Positions 14,212 through 28,060 are shown, numbered from the stretch's first letter. The stretch: DNA of 64,000 bases from Sphaerodactylus townsendi (GCF_021028975.2 NC_059434.1:57102001-57166000); one strand, 5' to 3'. The notes: generated by a model from the letters alone, not told the origin. Numbers and translations are program-made.

Positions 14212-14560
14212 CAGTGGAACCTCGGTTTTCATTGACTTTGGTTTTCATCGATTTTTTTCATTGCCTCGGTTTTCATCGATTTGCAGGAGTTTGTGGAGAA
14301 AAATCACCAGGACAAAGCTGTTGAAGGCCGTGTCTGCAACTTGTTTAATGACAATGTCTTGCCCCATTCAGACAAATCCTAAAGAGGCGTCAGAAACTGG
14401 ACAGCTTTCTGGTGCGACATTGGTTCACTGGCTCTGAAGCTGGTCCTAGTGTTATTGTTTGTTACTGTTTTCAGCATTAAACACTATGTTTATTTACCAA
14501 AAAATGTGTTTTTGGTACGTTTTTTGGAATGCCTGGAACGGATCAATTGGATTTACATTA
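14212..14560. mobile_element. TcMar/Tigger-like non-autonomous fragment
   Basis: TA then CAGTGGAACCTCGGTTTT, repeated subterminal GGTTTTCAT motifs, and internal CTGGAACGGATCAATTGGATTTACATT. Confidence 0.6.
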
Positions 14561-17145
14561 AGGTTTCTCAGCAGCAGAAGCCACCAGAACTATGGAGGGG
14601 CATTCCAAAAGGTCTTTGCGGTTCTGGAAAGTCCTGTAGCAAAGCCACTGCTGTGGGGCATCACCAGGGCAAAAATGTGTCAGACACGCTGCAGCACTGG
14701 GTGTTGTGGGGAACTTCCATTGTGCCAGGGCATTCTCCATGCCAACAACGGGGCACTTTTAACATGCAAAATTAGCCCAAGTGGTTGTTGAGAAAGTCAG
14801 GATATATATATTCACCCGCAATATTAAACCAAGATCAAATTGTGCACAGGTGACTTTCCTCATACATGATGGTATCATTACTAAATACATTTTCTTAATA
14901 GCTGTTTGGAAATGATCTCATGCTAGAAAGACAAGTTCTAAATGAATATATAAGGTCTCCGTGCTGTAATTTTTCTAAGCAGGACTGCTGTTTCAACTTC
15001 TAAATAATCTAAACAGCTGTGGTGAAAGCTACTCCTTGACTAAATTATCTTTGATCATTAATTGAAATCATTTTTCATTGTTAATAAAACCTGATATCTT
15101 GGATGTGAGCTTTTGGAGGACGTTGTGAGGGAACATTCATATTAGGACTGCAAATGGCAGTCACCAATGTTCCATATTTAATAGGATCTTTTAAAACTCA
15201 TAGTTTAATTCAATAAAGAAAATGTTACATTTCAAGGATATTCTATAACTTTAGCCACAGACCTTAATCCTTCCTCTGTTGATGTCAATGTTAAAATTAC
15301 CACTGACATAAATACATAGTGTCTGCCTTCCTCAAGTCTGTTATGTATATTATGAGCCAGTGTGCTGTAGACTTAAAAGGCACAAGAGACTGGTAGAATA
15401 AGTTCCGGCACTGAAGCAGTTATATAAAGGCATGAAAGTAACATTGTTCTTCTGAGCTTGGCTCATGAGCTGAAAATGGCTCAGTCAGATCAGTTCTATG
15501 TCCTGTTATAATAGAATAAGGTCAAATTAGAATTCCATATGAAGAACGTATCTAACTTTACACCTACCACAAAATGGGAGATGTGACATCTCCTTGGAAT
15601 AGATCCTATGAGCAGTGAACAGAAGGCACAGTGAATATTTCTCTGCCTTTTGCTCTTCTAATACCCTCTTAAGATCTCCCCCAACCCAGTGCTAGGAGAA
15701 GAAGGTGTCTCAAACTTCCATGATGAATGGCAAAGGGAAGCTGCTGAGAAGGAGTACCTGGGCAGAACTGCTTTTTCTTTCTCTTGATGAAATGGAACGC
15801 AGCCACCACCATGCTTTCTCTGTTATTGAAAGGAAGGAAGCAGGTGATTTCATTGCATCTTCCTTCCTCACTACAGCCTTCCATGCCTTTCAATAGAGGT
15901 TCTTGAATGCATGCATCCATGAATCTATGAGGCTTAAGTGGGACTGCTGGGAAAAGACCCATTTAGGTAAGCACCTTCTAGCCACTGTTGACTAGATTCA
16001 ACCTTTTAGATCTCCGTTCTCTTATTGGTTTTACAGATGTTACAGTGAATTTCTGAATTTTGTTGAATATTGATATTCACCTTTATTTATTAAAATATTG
16101 GTTGGATTCCATGGCAAAAGGAATTTCCACTGGTGAAATGAGACTCTTTATGGTCGAATCCATGTAACCATGGGTATTATAATGGATTGGGCTGCCATCT
16201 CTATCCTTCCACTGCAGATCAAATGATTATTGAAATGCCATTCTTATGGAAGACAGCACCTCGAGAAACTGCATGGATGATATCCTTCACATTTCTCCAT
16301 TATTATTATTTTTTGCAGCTGGGGGGATAATATAAATCATACATTTTCCATTTATCTTGAATTCGATTGGTCACTTTGTTAATTTTGTCATTGTTTGCTA
16401 GTTTTACCATTTTGTTAGTTTTGCCATTGTTGCATGTTCCACATAATATGAAAATGGGCAAAAGTATATGAGGCATCCACAAATAAAACAAGAAAGCAGC
16501 CAGTTTATATAAACATTCAGCCATTTAATTTTCACAGGTAGTCAGCGTCACTAGTTGTCTCCTTCTGCACTGCAATCATTTTGTGGAATGAGGTAAACGG
16601 TAAGCCAGTGTCTATTGTTGGTGTCACTGACTGGTCCCTAAAATGCTGGTTTGCACCACCACAAGGACTGCACAGCAGTGTTTGCTCCAGGGCTATTTTC
16701 ACTTCCCAGTCTGCTCCTGATTGTCACCATTCATACAGGAAGACCAATTTTCACCAAGTTTGGAATGTTCAGTTCACTGTAATGCAAACATTACTGTGTG
16801 TTTATCATCTTTATCCGTTTGTTGGTGACTCCCGAATGCCGAAACGGCTGGACAGATCGCCCCAAAATTTTCACATGACGTCCCTCCCTGTTGCAGGCCT
16901 TCAAATCGCTGAAAGTCCATACCTGAGCCAGGTAAAACGTCTGACTGGGATAGCCTCCTTGCCCCAGTTCTGCCTTACCCAAGCCAGGACTGTGCGTTTC
17001 AACCAGCCTCATGGACAGCGGGATTCACACTCTGGACAGTTCCATTGTGGAATGGAAAGGGTTACCTTATACTAAAAACCAAGACAGCACCATATAATAA
17101 TGTGAATTGAAAAGGGAAAGAGGGATTCCATTTGACCACCCCAAA

Positions 17146-17480
17146 AGAAGAAGAAGAAGTAGAGGAAGAGGAAGAGTAGTAGTAGTAGTAGTAGTTTGGA
17201 TTTATATCCCCCTTTCTCTCCTGTAGGAGACTCAAAGGGGCTTACAACCTCCTTGCCCTTCACCCCTCACAACAAACACCCTGTGAGGTGGGTGGGGCTG
17301 CGAGAGCTCCGAAAATCCGTGACTATCCCAAGGTCACACAGCTGGTGTGTATGGGAGTGTACAGGCTAATCTGAATTCCCCAGATAAGCCTCCACAACTC
17401 AAGCTGCAGAGCTGGGAATCAAACCCACTTCCTCCAGATCAGAGTGCACCTGCTCTTAGCCACTATGCCACTGCTGCTCC
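17146..17480 (-). mobile_element. Full-length tRNA-derived CORE-type SINE (Squam3-like)
   Basis: Minus strand has A box (TGGCATAGTGG), B-box-like GGGTTTGATTCCC, CORE-like GTGACCTTGGG..CACCTCACAGGGTG, and a (CTT/CTA)n tail. Confidence 0.85.
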
Positions 17481-18989
17481 CAAAAGGCTATGCTGGGGAT
17501 CATTGGACCTGCATAGACATCTGTGTGGGTTGCGGACTGTGATGAGAAGGACAATTGCCACAGAAACGCGTGGCTGGGCCCCTCTAGTGTATATTAAATG
17601 AGTACATTCTCACCAGGAATATGAAGTAAAATAAAAAATGATGTGAACATGATCATTACAACTTAGTATTTCAATAGATTTTACCAAGGTGTAAACAGAA
17701 ACCTTTTTAAAACTCTCCTTGCAAATTGACCAAATTCATGAATTCCATATCTGTAATACACCTTCTCCCCCTTACGAACTGTTTAACCTTGGCAGTAAGT
17801 CTTTGTAGGATATTATTAAAATAACTCTTCCTTTCCAGATGTCGTGTTTTTTTATATGACAAAGGATACTCTTGTAGGCAGAAGGCATGAAAATAAATAG
17901 CTACAGGGATGTGTATATGCTGTTTAATTTTGCACTTCCAGGAGGAAATCATTTGAATTTAGCTATGCATGCTTGGGAGCATGAAAACTTCATTTGAGTA
18001 ACTCCTTACTTCACCAGATGGACCCCCAGTTCATAGAAAATAAACCAGAGCCCCAATAAAATTATTCAGTATTAGGCTCAGATATGAGAATGCTGTTATT
18101 CTCATCATATTAAGGATGGCTAAGATTAAACACTAAAGGTCAAAATCCAGATCTCTTTGCTTGGAGGTCTTCACAGAAACTTTACAAACTTCAGAGGATT
18201 TAGGCAGCATTTTCATGGATAAGAGAGGGAAACAATTGTTAATCCTGGATTTTCTGCTCAGCTGTAAGAAAAACAGTTACAGAAATGAAATAGTCTTTGC
18301 ATGTTAAATGAGCCTTTAATTGGAGCCAAGGTCTTGTTTAAAGTTACTTTCTGGCAGAAAAGTTCATGTTTTGAGGGGAAGAATAAAGTATGCCTGGATC
18401 AATAAATGAATATAACCTTTCCTGGTAAGTACTTCCTGACCTATAATAGACCTAAGCAAAGCAGTGTCCTTTATTAAGCCGGCAGCCTCCTATTTTGGGG
18501 GGCAAGGTCATTACATCTGCAATACAAAGAGACTAATTGTGATAGCAGGGATGTGAAAAACTGAGAAATTGTTACAGGCCATATTACAGTTCTGGTTTTA
18601 ATGTGTGTGAGCACCAGAAGACTACTTACCATATTTGGTAAACCTGCATGTTGAGAATATAAGTAACTTAAATATTCATGTAGGGGGAGGAAGATGTGAA
18701 ATAAAGAACCAATGAGGATATTGTTGCTAAGCCACATGCTGATTGAACTGTATATAAAGAATTGTGACCTGTGCGGCTGTCTTTTTGAGCTTTATGCTGA
18801 CTGAGTGCCTTTTGCAACTGCAAAATAAACTGCTCAAAGAAGACTGAGTAGGTGATGTCCACCAGAAACTCAATAACATCAAAGGTCAGCCTTTGCAGGC
18901 AAAATAATTGAACAGTCCAGCAACAATCTAGCCCTAACAAGGATTAATCTTCAAGGCAATCCATTTAGGTCAGTATAAAATCTCATGTG

Positions 18990-19166
18990 CAGAGGCGGAG
19001 CAAGGGGAAACCGTGCCCAGGACACATGTGCACCCTGTGACCCTGCCATGGTGTTGCCCGCTCTACCCCAGAATGCCCTGCCCTGCCCCACCCCTTGATG
19101 GCCCCGCCATGCCTCTGCTCCACCCAGGGCATCATGCCTCCATTGCCTGTGGGCACTACGCCACTG
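18990..19166. mobile_element. Short hAT MITE
   Basis: Ends CAGAGGCGGAGC and ACTACGCCACTG. Perfect 8-bp TSD CTCATGTG at 18982-18989 and 19167-19174. Confidence 0.9.
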
Positions 19167-20204
19167 CTCATGTGTATGACTATAGTTTGAAAATGAAACC
19201 AGAAGAAAAGATTATCAACAGATTAATATAAAGTAGAGTTGCCAGTTAGTTCCTGGCAACGGGTTGGGGATTGGGAGACCTTACTGGTAGGAAAACTAGG
19301 CCTAGGCCTGTGATGTCGGTGACTTGATTATGCTACTTCTGGCATGCATTGGAAGTGATGCCATCATGTTGCTAGTGAGATGGGAACATTCTGGTATTTG
19401 GACAAAACTCTATGGTAGGCTGGCTAGTTTTCATTTTTTCAAGAACTGCAAACTTACAAAAGCTATCACTGTTCCTACTGCAAAAGCAACAGCTTGGTTT
19501 CAGTAAGGAACTATATTACTATTTCACTGCCCACATGCATCTGTTGGTCTAATTCCAGTGTTCTTTACTCATTATAATGAAGAATTCTTTGAAATATTCT
19601 TTCAGCTTTTTAGCCACAAATGCTTCATAATACAGAAAATGCAAAATCATAGAAATACTGCTTGCTGCATCTGGAGCTGATATTCATTAAATTAATTATA
19701 TCCTTTCTACAGTTTTAAAAATGTGGAACTGAACCATAATGGGAAGCACATTAGGTGGATACTACTAAATGTGCAATTATTGCTTGATGAAGGAGAGAAA
19801 CTCCCAAAGCACCTATTTTCATTTCAGTGATCCCTAGCAGGATATGGTTATATTAGGAAACATGCTTTAAGGTTTGGTTGAGTAATTAAGACCCAATTTA
19901 ATTAGAAAGGGCAAATGGTAATGAGTGTTGGCCAAAGAAGGACACATTTATTTATTTTTGAAGTGATGGTGCTTCTGTGTATTCAACTGATGATGAAAGA
20001 AAATATTAAAATGACCTCTTGTTTATTAAATTATAAATTTTGTTATATTTTCTCAGCATCTCAAATAAGCACCAATGTGGAGTTTTTGGTAATGTGCAAA
20101 TGTGTCTAGATTTAATTACTTAGTATGCAAATAAACAGTGAGTTTATATGCTAAGTTAGTCCTCTATAAGCCCACTGATTTCAGCAGACCTAGACTGAAG
20201 TAAC

Positions 20205-20496
20205 NNNNNNNNNNNNNNNNNNNNNNNNNNNNNNNNNNNNNNNNNNNNNNNNNNNNNNNNNNNNNNNNNNNNNNNNNNNNNNNNNNNNNNNNNNNNNNNN
20301 NNNNNNNNNNNNNNNNNNNNNNNNNNNNNNNNNNNNNNNNNNNNNNNNNNNNNNNNNNNNNNNNNNNNNNNNNNNNNNNNNNNNNNNNNNNNNNNNNNNN
20401 NNNNNNNNNNNNNNNNNNNNNNNNNNNNNNNNNNNNNNNNNNNNNNNNNNNNNNNNNNNNNNNNNNNNNNNNNNNNNNNNNNNNNNNNNNNNNNNN
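20205..20496. other. Assembly gap
   Basis: Run of N. Confidence 1.
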
Positions 20497-20757
20497 GTTT
20501 GAATCCAGAGACTGGAGAGATAAACAGGTAAGACAGATCTTTCTACAATCCAGAGAAAAGCCCTGAGAAAATCATGGGATTAACTTCCCCATAATACAAT
20601 GCTTGTATCTTTAAGAACAGAATGCTCATTGAAATCTCAGTGGTCATTGTGAGAGTTGCTAGGAGACCTCAACTGTATTTCCAGCCTTCAAAATTTGCTT
20701 TCTGTCAATAAAAAGCAGAGGAAAGGGGTGAGAGTGTGTGAGGGTTTGTGTGTGTTA

Positions 20758-21050
20758 GGCCCTTTCCGCATGGGCCATAAACGGTGCCGTTCGCACAGGC
20801 GGTGCTGCGAAAATGCGCTGCGAAAATGGAGGTCGGAGGGCAGCATGGGCGGGTCTTAGGAGGCCAGCAGGGCGACGAAGGCGACGAGGTGAGTGGGAGA
20901 GGGATGGGGAAGAGATGGCTCCGTGCGGAGCCGCCTCTCCCGCACTGGCCTCTGCAGGGGCCGCTCGCACGCTCCGGTGCGAATGCCCCCCCTCCACAGG
21001 CAGAATTCCTGCCGGTGGGGGAGCGCCCTTTCCGCAGTGCGGAAAGGGCC
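20758..21050. mobile_element. PIF/Harbinger MITE
   Basis: Perfect 13-bp TIR GGCCCTTTCCGCA and TTA TSD on both sides; CpG-rich. Confidence 0.9.
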
Positions 21051-21379
21051 TTAGCTTTCCAGTGCTGTTTTGACCTTCTAGTTCATGCTGGTTCTCTTTC
21101 CTCCTATCTTATTCCATTCATCAGACTCAAGTTCAGCAGTAGTCACCATGCAATTTGTTACTATGAAATTTGCTATTCTCATCCAATTATGGAGATGGCT
21201 ATGACCTGATGCCACACAGCTTGGCTGGGCCCAGCATCAGCCCCCACAATTGCATGACTTGACTGATCTCAACAATGGCCACCATACAACTCACCAGGAT
21301 GTTGGGCTACTGCACGACTTTTGAAATGTCAGACTTTTTGTATGGAGAAGCTACCAGGGAGAAGGAAGGAAGGAAAGCT

Positions 21380-21560
21380 GGCAGCCAGTGTGATCTAGTG
21401 GTTATTGTGTCAGAGTAGGACCTGGGAGTCTCAGGTTCGAATCCCCATTCTGCCATGGAAACTAGCCCTGAGGTCTTGGACCAGGTCTTCTTTCTTTCAG
21501 CTTTATCTACCTCACAGGTTTGTTGTGAGAACTAAAGATAAGAGAATGAGATAAGCAGCA
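21380..21560 (+). mobile_element. Old tRNA/CORE SINE
   Basis: GTGATCTAGTGG..GGTTCGAATCCC B box..ACCTCACAGG.TTGTTGTGAG. Confidence 0.7.
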
Positions 21561-21587
21561 ACATTTATTTATTTTATATATATATAT

Positions 21588-21589
<2 letters not shown>

Positions 21590-21638
<49 letters not shown>
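21590..21638. repeat. (AC)n microsatellite
   Basis: Direct reading. Confidence 0.95.
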
Positions 21639-21639
<1 letters not shown>

Positions 21640-21641
<2 letters not shown>

Positions 21642-21790
21642 TTTTCTCCCCAATAGGGACCCAAATAGTTTATATCATTCTTCTTTCTTTTATTCTTACA
21701 ATAGTCTTGGAAGTTAGGTTAGGCTGAGAGTGTGTGACTGGCCCAGGGGACCTGGCTTTGAGTCCTCGCAAAAACAGCTGGGGATTAATG
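21640..21790 (-). mobile_element. Degraded SINE
   Basis: GTTAGGCTGAGAGTGTGTGACTGGCCCAG matches the CORE-SINE body seen elsewhere in the window. Confidence 0.55.
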
Positions 21791-24237
21791 AAGTAAATAA
21801 ATAATAAATAAAGCTGAGGACTGTGAGGAAAATTTAAAAGGCTGATTGGTGAGTTGGAAGGAGAAAAGGAGGCATGGAAAGAGAAGAGGATAAGGAGGAG
21901 TGAAAGACAGTATAGTATATGAAAGTGGATACAGGGGGAAATCAAGTGACCTGGCACAAATCCTTGCAGATCACATGTATATTTAATATTTTCCAACTAG
22001 ATACCAATTTGCAGCAGGTAATATTTTTGAACTTGCTACAAACTTGCAGTTTGTCAAGATATATTTAAATTCAGTTTCTTCTGTGCACATTAGATATAGA
22101 TCCTTTAAAAATTCATTTAGGAAAAATGAGCACAGCTGAAGAAATCCTGCAGATATTCTTAGAAATGGATATTTCTGTTTGCTCTTTGTTCTGTGAGAGT
22201 GCTCTAGTAAAACAAAAGTTTGAAAAAGATAAAGAGTGGAAGCACAAGCTGTTGAGGAAGGAATGGGAAACTTAGGAAATGCTATCAAGTATCCTTTTTA
22301 GTATGTACAAAGGATACCCCGCAAACATCTTCTCTCTAAGTAGCAAGATCTATTCAGTGCCCCCTTTTCTAAGGATTATTATGCAATGGTTCTTAAAAAA
22401 AAAGATACTCCATGCTTGTGGAACAGTCTCCCAGAAGAGGTTGGGTACACTTCTCCCTTTCCACCTTTGTGGTGAGGTAGCAAAACAAAATTATCCTGGA
22501 GAGTGTTGGAACAAGTATGATAATGGACAAAACAAAATATCCTTTAGGTCTTTTTTTAGACTGGTGCTTTAATGTTTTAGCTTATTTTCTGCTTATTGTT
22601 TTCATATTTAATTGTTTAAATCCTGTAATTGTAATATATGTTTGTCTTTTACTTAATTGTTTTTACACATCTTGAATCTTGAGTTAGCAGAAAAGTGGGG
22701 CATATAAATATTTTAAGTAAATCTTGTGAATTCCAGATTCCACAAATGAACAACAAGATCTAAAATCTGCAGCAAGCTTCACATATTCGATTTCTGGAAT
22801 TAATTTTAATGATTCTCCCATTTAAACTGGAATGCAGGTAGAGCTGTACACAGTGATCTACTACAGAAATATAATAATGAATCAAAGGAAACTCACTAAG
22901 CCCTTTAGAAAAGGGGAAAGGAAAAAGCTGATCAGTCAGCATTTAAAAATACAAGCAGTTTTTTATTTTTGTTAGAAAAGGAATAGCATAATTAGAATCT
23001 ATTACTTGCAGTTGTGCTTGTCTTGTGAGAACAAAATTGAAAGCAAACATGTGTGAAGATACCAGATCTTTCCAATGAGCAGCCTGTTAAGTGGTTAAGC
23101 CAGTTTCCAAGCAACTCTTCATCAGAACCACAAGATAAAGTTAGAATTGTTCAACTTGGAAAAACAACCACTGTGTGTAACTCCCTGTCTTGAACTGAAT
23201 GCAATACTACTTAAATGCAGTAGATTCTATTTACAAACAGAAAGCACATGTTAGATTAGACGAATCAAACAACAAGAAGATTTAAAGTCACGGGTCAGTT
23301 CCTGAAGACCTTTGGCTATTTATTAAAAGAATTTTTGGACAATGTCCCAGAAAGAAAATAGATGGATCAAGAATTAGTTAAAACCTTGCAATTTTCTGCA
23401 ACAGAATACGAATACAGCCTAAACTAAGATGTCCACAATCTCACTAAATAAAAATGTTATCCTCTACATTACATTATATTTTACATGGTGTTTCTTGAAA
23501 AGATAAGCAAAGCATCAATATTTAATAGCTGGTTTTTAATGATTGTGAATGCAGCCACTGACCAATCAGAATTGATGAAATTAAGAAAGAAGGGTGTAAC
23601 AGATACAAAAATAAAACATGAGATTTGTTATCCCATTTTCAAAATCCTTGAAACCACTGCAGTGAGACTTTACCTCACAACTGTACTTTGTGGGAAACTA
23701 ATTCTGTGAAAATGGGATGTATAAGTTGTTAGGTCTCAAGGCCAGGCGATGAGATAGCACCAGGGACTTGGGCACCTAGTTTGTTACATGTTGCAAATCA
23801 GAGGAATGTGGGAAACTGAAAGTAGAGGAGAGACAAGAGATCCATCAACGTAACAGAACACAGGGCCCTTTAGATGTTTGGAAGACCATTCCTGACACAT
23901 ATAAACAAGGATAGGAATAGACCTTCCGAGGAAGATATTTTTTTTCTGAACCACTATGTAGATCCTGTCTGGTATATTTGGGTTTGGTTTGTGTTTTACT
24001 TCAAGATAGTTATTTATGTTTGCTTTGAGTAGCTAGCCAACTGAAGGCTGTGTGAGTGTGTACTGGGAAAAAGTACTAGCCTGTTAGGACCCAAGGTCTA
24101 TGATAATCTGTAAGCCAGAAGTGTCAACAACAAACAGTATTATTTGAATAAAAACCTCTACAACATCAAAGCTACTGAAACTGAAACTTATAAAGCCTAA
24201 CTAAGATCCGGGCCAATGCTTAAAAACTGAAATCTAA

Positions 24238-24377
24238 GGCAGATTCTGCATGGACCAAAAACAGTGGTGTGAAAACAGTGTGAAAACAGTGTAAAATGGT
24301 TTAAAATGGTGTAAAAGAGTTTACACCGTTTTCACACTGTTTTCACACCACTGTTTTTGGCCCAGGTGGAATCTGCC
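24238..24377. mobile_element. Short palindromic PIF/Harbinger MITE
   Basis: Ends GGCAGATTC.. and ..GAATCTGCC, TAA TSD on both sides, near-fully palindromic body. Same family as 50893-51000. Confidence 0.9.
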
Positions 24378-24619
24378 TAAGCTTATCTTGTATATATTTG
24401 TTTCCTGCCTACTTTAAATTCACCTAAGTTTTGTACTATCCCCTCTCATCTGTTAATAAATTTAGTTTCTTGCCAAAAGTGAAGTAACAGGCTTCTTGCA
24501 GGTATAGGGCTCAGCACTCGTGCTTTAAATCATCTCACGCTTCCATGCCAAACAGCTCAGTCCCTATGAAAAGACAGAAAATCTGCCCAGCCAGGCCAGA
24601 GACTGATTAGCCTGACTCA

Positions 24620-25510
24620 GTAAGTTAAAAAGGTGAGGGGGTCCATCTCTGCATCATACATTTCACTGTTGATTGCAAAGTTTGGAAAGCCACATACAAT
24701 TGGGGAAGAACTCACACATGATGTAACTGAGATGATTCTTTTCAGAAACAATTCAGTGCAAAGATGCATAACTGAAATGGCTAAAAAAGTAGAAGATACA
24801 ATGTGCAGCATTACTAAGGACAATGGAATTTGCATTACAGCTAGATGAGCCAACTTTGCCACAATCTTCGCTTGTCGCTTATGTGTGCTTTCTAAAAAGC
24901 AGAAGTTTGTCTCAGCAGATGTTATTTGCAAGGCAACTTAGAATAGATATTACAGGGGAGTCAAATATTTTGTATAGTTGAGCAGTTCTTCAGCAACAAG
25001 GAAATTCTACTTATTAACATACATCCTTGTGCAACTGATGGAGCACCATCAATGTCTAGTCACTACCATAGACATATTGCTTATTTGTCTTTACTGTTCA
25101 TCTCTGATATCTAATTTCAAAAAGGTTCATGATCAACTGTAAGTCTTTATACACTGTCATTGCTGCAGTGAATAAAATTAAAGCCCATACTGTCAGTGAT
25201 CAACTGTTAACAATGTTGAAGATTTTAAACATTTGTTGATTCATTCTGAAGTTCTTTGGCTATCAAAAGGCAACTGTGTGAGATGCTTTTAAGACCTTTT
25301 AGATGCCATTGTAGAATTTTCTGAAGACATGAGTCCTTTTTTCAGTGATGAACTCAAAGAGATCAGGCATGACATTGCTTATTTATCCTTTTTTTTTGCA
25401 AAGTTCAATGAAATTAATTTGCAGCTACAAGAAATTAGACCAATCTTATTAAGGACAAACCTGCCATCTGTACATTTATTTTAAAGCTGCCTCTGTTCAA
25501 AAGCAGTGTA
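24620..25510 (+). pseudogene. Decayed hAT (Charlie/Buster-type) transposase
   Basis: Motifs ASYISLLIAKFGKPHTIGEEL..NNSVQRCITEMA..QLDE..CATDGAPSM..AVNKIKAH..HSEV.WLSKGNC, with frameshifts and deletions. Confidence 0.85.
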
Positions 25511-25552
25511 GGCTACTGCAAGCTATACTTTTTTTTCAGCTTGACTGAGAGA

Positions 25553-26014
25553 AGCGGATTCCGCACGGGGCAAAAACAGTGCCCCAGGGACAGTAAAAAC
25601 AGCATCCCTGGGGTGCTGTTCGCACGGCTGCTGCCTCCACAAATTCCCCCCACACTGGGGTGGAAAATTCTACCAGCAGCATGCAAATGGCACAGGGTTG
25701 GAGGCGCCATTTCCCCCCACACTTACCTTCTCTCCCTGTGAAGCTCCACAGAGATGGGGAAGCATGCCCACGCTGCTGTTTGACCCCCGCGTGTAGGAGG
25801 GAAGCATGGCATGCCTCCCTGTTCCTGTGGAGCTCCGCAGGGAGAGATGGTAAATGTGGGGAAACAAAACAGAGGCACCTCCGTGCGGAGGCACTTCCGC
25901 AGGCTAAAGTCACTCTGGGGCCGCTCGTATCTCAGTGTGTGAACAGCGCCAGGGCTTCACTGGCATCATATATGCCGGTGGGAATCCACTGTAGTAGCTC
26001 GTGTGGAATCCACC
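25553..26014. mobile_element. PIF/Harbinger-type MITE with internal hairpin
   Basis: Ends AGCGGATTCCGCAC and GTGTGGAATCCACC. Inverted arms at ~25710-25770 and ~25805-25865. Confidence 0.75.
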
Positions 26015-26020
26015 ATAGAT

Positions 26021-26235
26021 GAAGAAGAAGAAAAAGAAAAAGAAGAAGAGTTGGATTTATTTCCCCCCTTTCTCTCCTGTAAGGAGACTCAAAGGGGCTT
26101 ACAAACTCCTTTCCCTTCCCCCCTCCCCATAACGAGCACCATGTGAGGTAGATGGGGCTGTGAGAGTTCAGAAGAACTGTCACTAGCCCAAGGTCACCCA
26201 GCTATCATGTGTTGGAGTGCACAGGCTGATCTGAT
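26021..26235 (-). mobile_element. Squam3-like SINE, 5'-truncated
   Basis: Closely similar to the 3' half of 17146-17480, with a (GAA)n tail. Confidence 0.85.
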
Positions 26236-27599
26236 TATAGATATCATGTGTTGTCCTGACATATGGATAAAATAGATATTCATTGAACTTGATCATGGAA
26301 TAAAACTGGTTGACTGGTTGAGAGCAGTGAAAGATTAAATGAGAATAAAACGGATAGGGTTGGAAAAATTATGTAAGGCACCACAAATTACATGAAGACT
26401 GATTTGCGTCTGCACTATAGAAATTGATCAGCAATTTCTTTTCTTTTTTTCACTGGTTATTCAGCTACTATTAGCTCTTCTATAAAATTTACATAAAATC
26501 ATGTAAATAATGTGATGATTCAAGTGGAGTGAATAGTGGGTCCATGGGGCAGTTTTAAGAAGGTAGAGCACTGCTGAAAAGAAGGCAGCTCCAGCCCATT
26601 TGCCCTGGTTGCAAGGAGGAAAGCAAGATGCAGAGGCACAAATTCATGTGATATGTTTGCTATAAAGTCCTCATGTCCTCTGTCAACAGACATGAGAACT
26701 TTATTTCATGCATGTGTTTTAATTATTTTTTCTATCAGAAAACAGATAATCAGAAACAATTTCTAATTACCAAGCCTTTATGAATCAGCTGAATCACAAA
26801 GATGCCCTTGGACTAGAACTAACTCTTGGACTAGAATTACAACATACAGCACATTGAAATAATTTTCGTATAGTCTCATTTATGTTTTTTCTCAGCAACA
26901 TTCCATGCTGTGTGAAAATCCCCATAATCCTACTTTGAAAAATCGTGTATAAAAAGTATTAGTTTTATTATTTTTCATATTAGCATTTCAGGTCATTTGG
27001 AGCTATAATGAATGAGCTTAATTATACACAGGAATGCTTTGCTGCAGGGATAATGAGTTCTTTGCGAGCCTGTCTCTTTACTTTGACAGATGGGACTGTT
27101 CTAAATTATGCTGGATAAAAACGAGAAGTTTTCAAGACATGCCCTCTTTCCCATATTCTCTCTTCCATTTGCAACCAAGGTTTGGCTTCATATGTCAAAT
27201 GACATCTCTAGTGTTGAACAAATAGTGGAAAAAGTGTTCATAAATAATATAAATATCAAAACAATCTATATTTTCTGTACATTACTTTTGGAAGTTAAAT
27301 ATAGAATAACCAATTATTGGAAGTCCCCATTTCCTTTGCATTTTTTGTTGCTTAGTCTGATCACTGGAAACATAATAGTTCACTAAGGAAGACAAAGACT
27401 TAATTGAAATACCTACAAATTGATGGCCATTTCAGGGAACTCTTCTTGGTGAAAATGTTCATATCGATATATTGAACTCTCATGCCTGCCCAATCTTCTT
27501 TATTGGTGCATCTGTTCATCCAGTGAACAAGAAGGTATACATATGCATGAGGACCATGTGTTTGTAAGAGTGGACATGATCTTTGGATGAAATTAGACC

Positions 27600-28060
27600 A
27601 TGACTAGGGACATGAGGGGTAAACCTAGTATGGTTTATTTTTGTGTATTTGGGAACAAGGCCTATGCATGCATTCCAAAAGAGAAAACGTCTCAGCTGGA
27701 TGATGGAGCCATAGAAGTGATAATGGTAGGATACTCAGTTAAGAGCATAGGATTTTAGCATTAAGCACGAATAAGATCAGTCTCAACAAAGCAGTTTACT
27801 ATGGTGAAAACCAGAAAGTTCCAGCTTTGGAGTGGGCGTGTGCTGAATAAACAGCCAGATTGCATATTTTGGTGCAACCTGTCTTGAAGAAGAAGCTGAA
27901 AAACCTGAGATGATCCTGCTTGAGGGATAAATCCTTGACAACCAGAGGAACCTGACAAACTAAGAGGTCGCAGAGAGTGAAGTGATCAATGCGCTCAACC
28001 TAAGGTACTCCGGCCAACCAACTGTCCTACCTCACAAGAACTGTGGATGTACCTGAGCTC
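27600..28060 (+). mobile_element. Copia LTR-retrotransposon pol remnant (post-integrase region)
   Basis: Translation GKPSMVYFCVFGNKAYACIPKEKTSQLDDGAIEVIMVGYS matches the Copia VFG..AY..IPKEKR.KLD..A...F.GY motif. Confidence 0.75.

Noticed and set aside
23728-24490. Possible solo LTR (TG...CA)
   Set aside because: No matching TSD found.
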